A DNA stretch of 63,207 bases, the filler included, from Octopus bimaculoides (lineage: Eukaryota), in NCBI RefSeq assembly GCF_001194135.2. It is 6 parts of 6 records of this genome, joined end to end, with 100 filler letters (N's around TTAATTAATTAA, not from the genome) between each part and the next. Parts side by side here need not be neighbours in the genome. Positions count along the whole stretch, not along the records: positions 19,064 to 41,027 come from NC_068988.1; 5 more parts are not named here. One strand, written 5' to 3'. Both the position numbers and the translations under genes were made by a program. Below, one piece after another: positions 27,031-39,422 of the stretch (position 1 is its first letter; each line of letters opens with the position of its first letter). Under the pieces are notes generated by a model. The model had not been told where the DNA came from. It saw only the letters and a program-made list of their open reading frames with translations, and searched no databases.

Positions 27031-27363
27031 GGGCAGTGTGAGAGATACATATACAGTGTAGAAAGGCATAAAAGAACCTGATGGAGACAGATAAATTTGT
27101 CAGTCTTAAAGTTGAGTTATTTCTGGTAGCAAATTATATTTTTTCATGAATTGTAATTGAAAAACCTTGTCATTGGAACACAGATTTTGAAAATCAAATC
27201 CATTTTCCTCAAGGACACAACATTTTGGAGCCTTTCTGTGAGATATCTACATACATACACACATACACTCTCATTTATATAATAGATAGAAATACACATA
27301 CACACACACACATACATACATAATACATATTATCACTCTTAGTATAATGATTACTTTATTTAG

Positions 27364-27598
27364 AGGTAATCCTAGCACGGCTGAACTCCCATGCTACCAC
27401 CCGACAAATGAAGACATAATTCATTTTTATCACAATCTCACTGGTCTAACTAAAGTAATTCCTAAACACAATGTGGAAATTACTAGAAGTGAAAGGATGC
27501 AAAAATTGGGTAAAAGGATACTAATGGATCAATCTTTCATCAATTTACCAATTGAATTGGTAAATATCTTTAAAACTTCCAAACAGAATGTGAAATGA
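27364..27598 (+). CDS. Candidate exon (GNPSTAELPCYHPTNEDIIHFYHNLTGLTK...FINLPIELVNIFKTSKQNVK*), phase 2
   Basis: Acceptor TTACTTTATTTAG, 77 open codons in AT-rich DNA, phase matches the upstream exons; consensus donor AAG|GTAAGC at 27633/27634. Confidence 0.45.
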
Positions 27599-28047
27599 TC
27601 AATTTGATTGGATGATACACAAAGAAAAAAAAGGTAAGCAGTGGGGGGGATTATACATTTATAACAATGAATAACACTAGGTATAACTGAATCACATTTT
27701 AATTAACAAAGAAAAAAGTGGGGGAGGGGGTGGAGGAAAAATAGTCCTATGATCTGCAAAACTGACAATGCATTTTTTATAGCCAATTGTGACAGGAAAT
27801 TTCAGGCTGAGTTCGAGAATAAATAAGAACTTATATATATAAAAGTATGTTATGACTTGTGGAAACATATTACAATGCATTTGAGAAATTCATATATGTT
27901 TCATGTGAAAAATGGTTTTGAAACATTGTAGATTATAGAAGTTACCAAAATTACCAGCTCTGTTTATAATAGCATCATAACTGCACGTAAAAATGCAGCA
28001 GAAGAAAATATTCCAAAAGTAGAAAGAATTCAGGGAAGTGTATGAAG

Positions 28048-28694
28048 CAGAGGTTCTCAACTGGGGTCCATATGGCCCTTAGGGGGTCCACATAAGATTT
28101 TGTTGTTAAGAATTTATGTCCAATAAACTGGTTATACTTCTACAATATGCAAAATAGCTTTAACAATCTTTTAAATACAATTCCTAATGATATTTAATTG
28201 CCAAAATATGTTGGCACTCCATCGCTTACAACGTCGAGGCTTCCAGTTGATCCGATCAACGGAACAGCCTGATCGTGAAATTAACATGCAAGTGGCTGAG
28301 CACTCCACAGACACGTGTACCCTTAACGTAGTTCTCGGGGATATTCAGCGTGACACAGTGTGACAAGGCTGACCCTTTGAATTACAGGCACAACAGAAAC
28401 AGGAAGTAAGAGTGAGAGAAAGTTGTGGTGAAAGAGTACAGTAGGGTTTGCCACCATCCCCTGCAAGAGCCTCATGAAGCTTTAGGTGTTTTTGCTCAAT
28501 AAACACTCACAACGCCCGATCTGGGAATTGAAACCGCGATCCTATGATTGCGAGTCTGTTGCCCTAACCACTAGGCCATTGCGCCTCCACTGCCAAAATA
28601 TAATGGGTTTTTAAACATTGAATGGCTATGAGGGTCCGTCTGAGTAAAATAGGAACCAAAGGGGGTCGAAGCAAGAAATGGTTGAGAACCACAG
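28048..28694. mobile_element. hAT (Charlie-like) MITE interrupted by a SINE
   Basis: Ends CAGAGGTTCTCAAC / GTTGAGAACCACAG, with a decayed 8-bp TSD GTATGAAG / GTATAAAA. Confidence 0.75.
28210..28590 (-). mobile_element. tRNA-derived SINE (family A), full length with TSD
   Basis: Reverse complement of the copy at 36960-37400; 11-bp TSD TGCCAAAATAT at 28199-28209 and 28591-28601. Confidence 0.9.
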
Positions 28695-28789
28695 GTATAA
28701 AAGCAAACACCTAAATTAAGAAAAAATTAATGAAAAGCCTTTGAGTGGATTTGGTAGCCGGAAACTGTAAGAAGGCCATTGCATGCATG

Positions 28790-28828
<39 letters not shown>

Positions 28829-29898
28829 TACATTTATTTTGAACTAAGAAAAATGTGATTCTAATATCAACTCACCTCGTCTCCCACCAAAAAGATGAAA
28901 CTGGGAAACATATTAACTAAGATAACGAAGTTGGCCATCAGCAGATAGATTTTTACACTATTTGCATATATAGCTCAGACCAGTACTTTGAATTTGTTTT
29001 GAGGTGATTCAGGTGTACGGTACCAATGAGCCGAAATAACAAAAAATATCGATATCCACCATTCTCATTCACGTATAGGCCAATTTGATTTGCTTACTTT
29101 GAGGTATTCAGTGTTCTTTTAACACTCGAAGTCATAAAGGGTTTTTCCCCTGGATGAAATTCCAAAGCTAATAAGCGCATAAACAAAACACATGCACTGA
29201 GTATTAGATATCACTAATATTTGAGCACCATTTGACACAAGGGCAGAAAATCTTCCTGATCCAGTGAGATATAGTGATTTTGATTATATAATAGAAACAA
29301 TGATAGAACAACAACTGCTGTCACTTCACTGCTGGCGTCTCTTTCTTTACTAAATGAAGATACAGAAACATTTTAATAGTTACTATTTTCATAGGTTCTA
29401 TCAGACTGTAATAAACAAACTTGCTGAATAAATTTTATAACGTAAATTTTACACATTACATGAAAGTAAATGTGTGTGTTTTATTGATTAAATATTACAA
29501 TGGTTATTGGGTGCATGTATGTATTTTTAAGATTATATTGATAAAGTATTACCATGTTTGCAGTGTGTATATTCATGTTTACGAATTATCTATATTATCT
29601 ATTTTGTTTTGCGTTTGTGTTGATAGATTACTGTAATTCTTAGGTTGTGTATGTGTGTATTGATAAATCATTAGTGTATTTACTGCATGTATGTAAGAAT
29701 ATGTGTGGGTGTATGTCTGTGTGCACACATGCATGCACAACCACACGTGGGTGTGTGGTAAGAAGTTTGCTTCCCAACCACATGGTTCTGGGTTCAGTAC
29801 CACCATGTGACACCTTGAGTAGGTGTTTTCTACAATAGCCATGACCAACCAATGCCTTTTGAATGGATATGGTAGTCAGAAACTGAAGGAAGTCTGTC

Positions 29899-29929
<31 letters not shown>

Positions 29930-30425
29930 NNNNNNNNNNNNNNNNNNNNNNNNNNNNNNNNNNNNNNNNNNNNNNNNNNNNNNNNNNNNNNNNNNNNNNN
30001 NNNNNNNNNNNNNNNNNNNNNNNNNNNNNNNNNNNNNNNNNNNNNNNNNNNNNNNNNNNNNNNNNNNNNNNNNNNNNNNNNNNNNNNNNNNNNNNNNNNN
30101 NNNNNNNNNNNNNNNNNNNNNNNNNNNNNNNNNNNNNNNNNNNNNNNNNNNNNNNNNNNNNNNNNNNNNNNNNNNNNNNNNNNNNNNNNNNNNNNNNNNN
30201 NNNNNNNNNNNNNNNNNNNNNNNNNNNNNNNNNNNNNNNNNNNNNNNNNNNNNNNNNNNNNNNNNNNNNNNNNNNNNNNNNNNNNNATCAGTGGCATGGA
30301 GAGGGGAGGCTGGTATGCATGGGCAACTGCTGGTCTTCCACAAACAATCTTGCCCGGACTTATGCCTGGGAGGGTAACTTTCTAGGTGCAATCCCATGGT
30401 CAGTCATGACCGAAGGGGGGTCTCA

Positions 30426-30470
<45 letters not shown>

Positions 30471-31178
30471 TACAGTTAGATAGATAGATAAATAGACAGA
30501 TATGTGTGTGTCTATGTGTCTGTCTTTGTTTCCTGTTACCACTTGACAACTGGCATAAGTGTTTATATCCCTGTAACAAAGCAGTTCAGCAAGACTGATA
30601 GAATAAATTTCATAATAAAAATAAATAAAAATAAAGTACTGGGGTCAATTCAGTTGACTAAAGTTTGTCAAGGTGCTACCCCAGCATGGCCACAGTCTAA
30701 TGATTGAACAAAGTAAGAGACAGAAGATAAAGATATACATACAGGCATACACACACATTTTATTTCTTCATTTCTACATAAATTTTTCTATGCTTGCATG
30801 GGTTAGAAGTTAGTGGTTCAGCAAAAAAAAACAAAAAACGATAGAATAAGTACTAGGCTTACAAAGATTAAATACTGAGGTTGATTTCTTCGACTAAAAA
30901 ACTCTTTAAGGTGTTGCCCCAGCATGGCTGCAGTCAAATGACTGAAACATGTAAAAAAAAAAAAAAAGAATATGTGTATTTGCGTGTGTAAGTAACAGAT
31001 GTGCGTATATAGATATATATTTACTGACATGGCTGTTTAAATGAGTCTATAATGTACTCTGTGTTCGTATTGATAAATCACACACATGCAAATTACATGC
31101 CTGTTTGTGTATGGGTGTAAACCAGGAAGATTTATTCTTAATATCTCAAGTGTGGTTCAGTTCATAAATTTGAAATAC

Positions 31179-31241
<63 letters not shown>

Positions 31242-31376
31242 ATNNNNNNNNNNNNNNNNNNNNNNNNNNNNNNNNNNNNNNNNNNNNNNNNNNNNNNNNN
31301 NNNNNNNNNNNNNNNNNNNNNNNNNNNNNNNNNNNNNNNNNNNNNNNNNNNNNNNNNNNNNNNNNNNNNNNNNNNN

Positions 31377-31431
<55 letters not shown>

Positions 31432-32083
31432 TACATACATACAAATAAACATGTCTATACATATATATATACACACACACATACATACAAACATGTCTAT
31501 ACATATAAAGGAATTTGTGCAAGTTTTGTTGTTAGCGTGTTTCACACCCACACACAGAGAGGCATTAACAGAGCCACCCACACAAACAACTAACTCACAC
31601 ACAGCTTGGGCACATATACACCTACACAGAAATCAACTGACACACCTACACAACAGGTAAACTAATTTAATGAATGAATGAATGAATGAATGCCATCTCA
31701 GAAAGAAAGAAAGAAAACTGTCGCACACAAGTTGAAGACAAGACACGGATTAATGTTTAAAGTCACAAGATGTTACAAAGCTTGTTACATACAAAAACTA
31801 TGTCACAAGCAATGTAACAGGAAGCATGAGAGCAGGGCTGCATTTCTCATCTTGATTATTGCTTTTGTTGTTTGTTTAACTCTCGGTGACAAGCAGTCCA
31901 GTGAACCTATAATCAAATGCTTTCGAACTAGTGCAATTTAAAGGAGATTTAGCTGCCGTTTCTAACAGGCTGAGTGACTTTGCTGTGGCTTCTTTGGTGG
32001 TGCCTTACTAGATTCAAAAATAGGGCAATGAAGTGAGATGACATTAGTTTGGCCAAAATAATCAGTCTTCTCAAGGAATCTAC

Positions 32084-32146
32084 CTAATCATGCCACCATC
32101 TTTTGCTGTAACTATCATGTTGAAACTAAGAGACTCTCCATAAGAT
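32084..32146 (-). CDS. Candidate exon (SYGESLSFNMIVTAKDGGMI-R), phase 2 to 2
   Basis: Strong acceptor TTAGTTGTTATTTCTTGCAG and donor AG|GTAGAT; joins in frame to 25201. Confidence 0.45.
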
Positions 32147-33090
32147 CTGCAAGAAATAACAACTAAATTGGATAACGGATTATATCTAAAACACACATAT
32201 GATATGATTCTTTTATGTGTAAGCATTAATATTTGAGTTTTGGTGGGAAATTTGCTTGGGTTTAAACACAGACTTAATACATACACACACATACAAAAGA
32301 CCTTACTAGTTTGGTCAAAGCAGCCAGTAGGGACTGGTGAGTCTTCTGCCTTGCTAGTTTCTGTGAAACCATTCAACCCATGCCAGCATGGAAAACGGAC
32401 ATGTATGTGTGTATGCACACACACATTTATACATATGTGTGTGTGTTTACATGCTCCAGCATAACCGCAGCCGCATGGCTGAAACAAGTAAAAAAATATA
32501 TACAGTGTTGGTCAGACGTTCACAAATGGCGTTCAACAAAGTCTGGAGCAATTGTACAAGTGAGTGACTAAATGAAAGAAGGGCACTCAACAAATTTATT
32601 GGGAGTTACATGTATGGAACAAAACAGTCTGATTCAAATTCGTTGGTACTCTGAGTTTCAAAGAAGTTGATTGTTATTACCATAAGGTGGGCTGTGATTG
32701 ATCGAGGAAGGTCATGCAGTATTGTGGTTTGATGTTGGTATATCGGTATATCAGCATATCGTCCAACAACACTCAGTATCCATCAACAAGAAATACAATT
32801 ATTGCTGTCACGAGAGATATGTCCTTCTGGCAAATTTCAAGCCGCTGACCGCTGGCAACTTGGATATACCACCTTAGTACCAGCTGCTATTCTGCACCAA
32901 GGTCACTGTCACCAACTCTGAATGTCTTATGAACACTTCACATGTACCATATACTCGTGTTGTTTTTTCTTGTCTTTTTCCACCATTTTTAAAATTAATT
33001 ATATATATATATACATACATATATACATACATACATACACACACACACGAGGAAGGAGAGATAGAGAGATGCCTTTTTTGTGTCTTTTAG

Positions 33091-33139
33091 TCAAGTGGGA
33101 ATTGAGTACTTACAACACTTTGCAAGTTGTCTGAGACAG
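33091..33139 (+). CDS. Candidate exon (QVGIEYLQHFASCLRQ), phase 2 to 0
   Basis: Acceptor TTTTTTGTGTCTTTTAG and donor CAG|GTAGGA; only the phase-2 frame is open through the exon. Confidence 0.3.
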
Positions 33140-34228
33140 GTAGGAGAGAGGAAGCAAGGTATCTTCAAACTGCGGACCAAACCATGCTAAATGTGACCAA
33201 AGTGCCGAGGTGATGACATTAAACTGGGCAATGGATTTAGTTCACTACCCAAGTAAACCATAGCAGGATTTGAACCCAGAATGCAAAGAACCAGAACAAA
33301 TACTGTAACGGGTCTGGTCTGACACGTTCTCACACTCCTGCCAATCCACCTTCATGGATTGGCACTTAAGTTTTTTTATTGCTTCCTGAAAGGACGAAAA
33401 ACAAAGTTGACATTGGTGGGATTTGAACTCAGAGTACATAGATTCGGAATAAATACTCTTAGAGATGCAGGTATTGCCTCTGATGCTCTAACCACTCAGT
33501 CTAAAATAATAGATGAGATGGTCATGGTTGGAAAGATGTCCAATCATGTGCCTGCTCTCAATCAGGAAGGAGATGGGACTAAAGAACAACAACAGTAGCA
33601 GTGACACCACCCACAGCTACCATTAAACACCAACACCACCACCACTACTGCCACCATCACCACCTCAATCGCCAGCACCACCACAGCCGCAACCTCTTGC
33701 GGCACCAACAATGCTGAAGACGTTTAACTACAACAGCAGTATGAAATCAATAGCCATATGAAATGAGTCTAAATTTAATTCCCAACTAGATTTCTACAGA
33801 TGCCATACAATATCATACCTGTCTTGCTTGTCACTATACAAGGTTAGGTGCTAAACAACAACAACACCACCACCACCACCACCAACAACAATAACAACAA
33901 CAACAGCAGCGGATAGCAGAGTGGAGGAGTGATAGTCTAGTTGTTTTGTGATACTCAATAAAATCCCTTTGCATTCTGAGTTCAAATCTTGCAGAGGGCT
34001 GGCTTTTGGCTGACTTTGTTCGAGAACAAGTGTGATGGTGTGGTAAACAAATTGGATTCACAATGGTATGGTTCTGGGTTCAATGCCACTGCATGGCACC
34101 TTGGGAAAATGTCTTCTACTATAGCCTCAGGCTATGTGAGAGGAATTTCATAAACAGACACTTCACCGAATCGTTGAGTGTATTGTATCAAAAGTGATGA
34201 TTTACTCAAATTCCACAGAATAGTTGAT

Positions 34229-34276
<48 letters not shown>

Positions 34277-34589
34277 NNNNNNNNNNNNNNNNNNNNNNNN
34301 NNNNNNNNNNNNNNNNNNNNATATATATATATATATATATATATAACACATATACTTGTATCATCATCATCCACATCTGCACGATCCAAGGATCAAGCAG
34401 ATGAGGAAAGCTGGGGAAGACATAGGAAGTGGGTGAAGGCTGAAGAATTGCAGGAGACTGGATATTAGGAATGAGATGATGAGGGACAACAACAGGTGGC
34501 AACACTCTGTGCTGGATGAACTGGACTGGACTGGACGAGAAGATCTGGCCAACCTAATGCTTGCATGGCAAAACAGATGTAAAAAAGAT

Positions 34590-34960
34590 GATGATGATGG
34601 CTACTATAGCGCAGTGCTGGATTTAAATGACCATCTTAAATGACCGTCGAGCTTGCTCAGACGTTTTAAACCCATGCATGCCATCAATCTCAATCCTGCA
34701 TTAGTTGAGGAAGGTCTTTGAGGAGGCATTCAGTGTCTCTGATAAGTTGATCTACATATGTTGTGTTCAGACAACCTACTTGAGTACGGCCATGCTTTGG
34801 CATCCACAGCAGTTGGTCACTTGCCAGCAATGTCCTGCAAAGTGCAAGCGCCTTTCCCTTATGATGGCGGAAACAGGCAGGAGATCTCCATACAAATGTT
34901 TCTTGGTGAGGTGAGTTTTCCAAGATAAAATTTAAACCCTTTAGCATTTAAACCGGCCAT
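34590..34960 (-). mobile_element. RTE LINE 3' remnant
   Basis: ORF 34690-34947: ...LLWMPKHGRTQVG...TTYVDQLIRDTECLLKDLPQLMQD. Confidence 0.7.
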
Positions 34961-35600
34961 ATCCAACCTGTTTTATGTTCAAACTGTCAAGATCCAGCCT
35001 CTTACACCTACCCTACAGTGTCATTCTAAAAATATACAATCATATCATTGAAATCCCAAATGTACGAGATAGTGTATGCTTAATTCAAATCTGTGAATAA
35101 ATAAGCATTATATTTGACAGAGCAATCTGAATGATAAAGGATTAGGAGTGTTTTTAACATTTGGGTGTAAGTTCCATCTGGCTTGGATTCTAGTTTTTTG
35201 GTAAATAACCATGCTGTTGGTCCATATAAAAAGAACGACTCTAGCATGGCTGGAATTAAAGAGAAACTAAAATTATTGACATTAAGCTAACAATTTGCTT
35301 GTATGTTTGTAAATATTTTGCTCTTTGTTTAAGTATCCTACCTGCGACCAGCAGCTACATGACCAACACCACTACCACAGGCACTGCCACCGTATCCACC
35401 ACCATCACTAACAAAACCATTACTGCAACAATCATTGCCACTGCAATCACCACGATGACCACCACCACCACCACCACAATGGCGACAACCACCAGCAACG
35501 CCATGATGACGACAACGAACGCCACCGCAACTTTTGCACCAATATCCAGTGTGTGTCTACTTGAAGAGAGTGAAGTGAGTTTCCATCTAATATTTATTAC

Positions 35601-35677
35601 ATTATATTGCCGACATTTATGGTAACGGTTAGCTGTATTGTTTGGCATGGCAGCATTGCCTGGCCAGGTACATGCAG
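35601..35677 (-). CDS. Candidate exon (LHVPGQAMLPCQTIQLTVTINVGNI-I), phase 0 to 2
   Basis: Acceptor CTAATCTATTCAG downstream of a (TC)n tract, weak donor GTAATA; in frame with 32146. Confidence 0.25.
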
Positions 35678-36959
35678 CTGAATAGATTAGCTGCAAGCTA
35701 TTTGAGCATCACAGAGAGAGAGGCAGAGAGAGAGAGAGAGATAGAGAGAGAGGGAGGGAAAGAGAGAGACCGTTGTTTGGTCAAAGACAGGGAAGGACAT
35801 TTGTTTTGTTGTTCGGTGCCATATCAAACATTTATTTCATATTATCTACCGTTTGTTTAATGTATTGTTTGTGGCTTGGAAAATGTGTGAGAGAAATGGT
35901 ATAGTAGAGAAACAGATAGATAGATGGAGGGATAGACAGATAAATAGGTAGGTACATAGATAGGTAGATAGACAGCTAGCTAGCTAGATAGATAGACAGA
36001 TAGATAGATAAATGATAGGTAGACGACAGATAGATGATAGCTAGATAGACAGGTAGGTAGATAGATAGAAACAGAGATCTATTTGTATGTGTGTATTGGA
36101 GTCATATGTGTGAATATGTGTGGGTTACTTTTGTGTGTAGGCGTAAGGTGAATATTATGTAGGTGTATGATGGTGAATGTATGCGTAGGTGTATGGTGGT
36201 GAATGTATGCGTAGGTGTGTAGTGGTGAATGTATGTGGGTGTATGATGGTAAAATGTATGGATGTATGTGTGTGTGTGATGGCAAATGTATGAGTAGGTG
36301 TGAGCTGTTTGCCAACTTAAAGAATGGATAAAAGAACAGGCATTCAGAAAGCAATGCTAACGAGGATAAGCTTAACTAATTGAATAAAATTTAAAGAAAA
36401 GGAAAACCAGCATAGCTGCATATGACTTGGTGAATGAATACAGCACACCTACACACACACAAGTACATATGTGAGTGTTTGTATGCATATGTACATTTGT
36501 ATATGTATGTATATGTTTACATATGTATACACACACACACAAGTAAATATATGCATATGGTGTGTGTGTTTGAGTGTAAATGTATATATATACATATATA
36601 TACACACATACATACTGAGAGAGAGAGAGAGAGAGAGAGAGACAGATAGCCATAGCTATATAAATATATATATATATACACGCACACATACATACATATG
36701 TTGTTTAACTCCAGATGAACACTAATCAATCAGACCTAAGATCAAACCACTCCAGCTGTGACCACCCACAAAAAAAAGAAGACTGTGTAAAACTATATTA
36801 TCTGATATGTCCTTTCCTTTTTTAAGCCTTATTTAAGAGGCTTAATTTTTGATTTATATCAGAACATTTGTGGGTGTAAACATGGGAAGGTGTGTGTGTG
36901 TGTGTGACTTCCATGTGAATGCATCTGTTTATATTTGCTGTGTGTGTTTGTATGTATCT

Positions 36960-37400
36960 GTGGAGGTGCAATGGCCTAGTGGTTAGGGCAGCGGACTCGC
37001 GGTCGTAGGATCGCGGTTTTGATTCCCAGACCGGGCGTTGTGAGTGTTTATTGAGCGAAAACACCTAAAAGCTCACGAGGCTCTGGCAGGGGATGGTGGC
37101 GAACCCTGTTGTACTCTTCCACCATAACTTTCTCTCACTGTCTTCCTGTTTCTGTTGTACCTGTAATTCAAAGGGTCAGCCTTGTCACACTGTGTCACGC
37201 TGAATATCCCCGAAAACTACGTTAAGGGTACACATGTCTGTGGAGTGCTCAGCCACTTGCACGNNNNNNNNNNGAAAACTACGTTAAGGGTACACATGTC
37301 TGTGGAGTGCTCAGCCACTTGCACGTTAATTTCACGAGCAAGCTGTTCCGTTGATCGGATCAACTGGAACCCTCAACGTCGTAAGCAACGGAGTGCCAGC
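36960..37400 (+). mobile_element. tRNA-derived SINE (family A)
   Basis: TGGCCTAGTGG A-box-like and GGTTTTGATTCC B-box-like head; homologous to 28210-28590 and 58365-58740. Confidence 0.9.
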
Positions 37401-37699
37401 AAATGTATGTATGTATATATGTGTCTGCAGACATGAGGATATGTATATGTTGTATATAGGTGTATATGTATTGCATGTGAATGTATATATATATATAGAT
37501 ATATGCTGTGTATTGGGCGTATAATTTCTGTGTTGTGTATAGATGCATAGATTTGTGCTGTGTGTGAGTGTATATATGTGTGTTGTGTTGGTGTATACGT
37601 GTTGCGAGTGAATGTATGTGTTGTATTTAGTTGTAAACATATGTTGCTTCAACGCATAAATATATTGCAATGGGTATATATATTATGCATAGGTGCATG

Positions 37700-37808
<109 letters not shown>

Positions 37809-37935
37809 TGGGTGTATATATTTTGCATGTGACTTTATGCGTGTGGCTCTAAGTATGGTGCTGTGTGGGTGGATGTATATTTCTTCAGTGTATGTGTTGT
37901 ACATAGGTGTATAACTAATGAGTGATCCTCTAGAG

Positions 37936-38241
37936 CAGTGATTCTCAACCAGTTATTGTTTTTATCTGTGGACCCCTCTGGGTACTATTTTATTCCAATA
38001 GACCCCCCCATAGCCATTTTTATGTTTACAATCTAATTTTATAGATGATTCTTTCAAAATTACTGTTTCGTTCGTTAACCATTAACTTGTGTAGGCTGAA
38101 TTATGTAAAATGTTAGAGAAAGAAACCTAGCTGTTTCTTGGAATAACCAGATCTCCAACAAAATTTCTCATGGGTCCTTAAATTAATACTGAGGACCCAA
38201 TTTACTATTTTGCGTAGGTGGACCCCAGTTAAGACTCATTG
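37936..38241. mobile_element. hAT (Charlie-like) MITE
   Basis: Begins CAGTGATTCTCAAC, ends GTTAAGACTCATTG, and has a perfect 8-bp TSD CTCTAGAG at 37928-37935 and 38242-38249. Confidence 0.85.
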
Positions 38242-38280
38242 CTCTAGAGGCTACGTCATGGGTTCTCTCTAGACATGCGC

Positions 38281-38321
<41 letters not shown>

Positions 38322-38330
38322 TACACACAC

Positions 38331-38557
38331 ACGAGGGGGTGCTGAAAAGTTCCTGGCTTTAAGGGTATCATGAAAGGCCTGGTTGGAGGTCCAATCTTCC
38401 GATTTCTTTTACAGAGCTTAGAAAACCTGAAGGATTATTGGACCATTGCAATAAGTTTGTGAATCCGAGAGGGGAATATATTGAATAAAATCATAATTAA
38501 CTGATCCTCCTGTATTTTCTTTTAATCCAAGGCCAAGAACTTTTCAGCAACTCCTTG
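38331..38557. mobile_element. Mariner-derived MITE
   Basis: TIRs CGAGGGGGTGCTGAAAAGTTCCTGGC / GCCAAGAACTTTTCAGCAACTCCTTG. Confidence 0.8.
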
Positions 38558-38570
38558 TATGTATGTATAC

Positions 38571-38614
<44 letters not shown>

Positions 38615-38868
38615 TCATCGTCTTTTAACGTCCGCTTTCCATACTAGCATGGGTTGGACGNNNNNNNNNNTAAAATGTCTGCCCAGATAAATCACACCTG
38701 CAACATATCTTGTTAATACCTCCACTCCCTCTGACTGTGTTCATTCTTCACCACATTCTCTTCTCTTCACTCTCTTGTGAATATCCCTGCTCACTCATCC
38801 TATCCAATCTGCTGTACTTCTTATAGACCCCCTCCCTGTAACTTGAACTTGGAGTACCAAAACACAGC

Positions 38869-38904
<36 letters not shown>

Positions 38905-39383
38905 TTCTCTCTCTCTCTTTCTATTTTTTTCTGCTTGGGCAGCCACATACTCCTCTGCAGAAAGACACCTGTTTCTGTCTCTCTATTACATTTAAACTTC
39001 TCCTAGAACAAAGCTACTTTCCTTCACCTATCACTGGTGTTGGTGCAATGTAAAATTCACTCAGTACACTCTATGAAGTGGTTGGCATTAGGAAAGGCAT
39101 CCTGCTGCAGAAACCATGTCAAAGTAAACAGAACGTGGTGCAATCTTCTGGCTTGCCAGCTCCTGTCAAACCATCCGACCTATGCCAGCATGGAACGCAG
39201 ATGTTAGATGATGATGATGATGATGATGATGATAATGGTGACATTATTTTATGATTATTACTTTGTATTTTATTATAGTTCTTTTTAGTGTATTTACTTA
39301 TTAAATTTTTCTATATGTGACTGTGGATTTTCATGGATGAGTTCATGAACTTTGGTTCTTTTCTCTAAATTATATATTTATAC

Positions 39384-39417
<34 letters not shown>

Positions 39418-39422
<5 letters not shown>

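Noticed and set aside
27982-28045. Alternative terminal exon IITARKNAAEENIPKVERIQGSV* after the 27633 donor
   Set aside because: Short, moderate acceptor and immediately followed by a MITE; cannot be distinguished from chance without transcripts.
32084-32146. VTAKDGG as a cadherin/protocadherin AxDxG motif
   Set aside because: No DxNDN, LDRE/DYE or PxF motifs nearby, and the exon is tiny, whereas protocadherin ectodomains are typically encoded in large exons.
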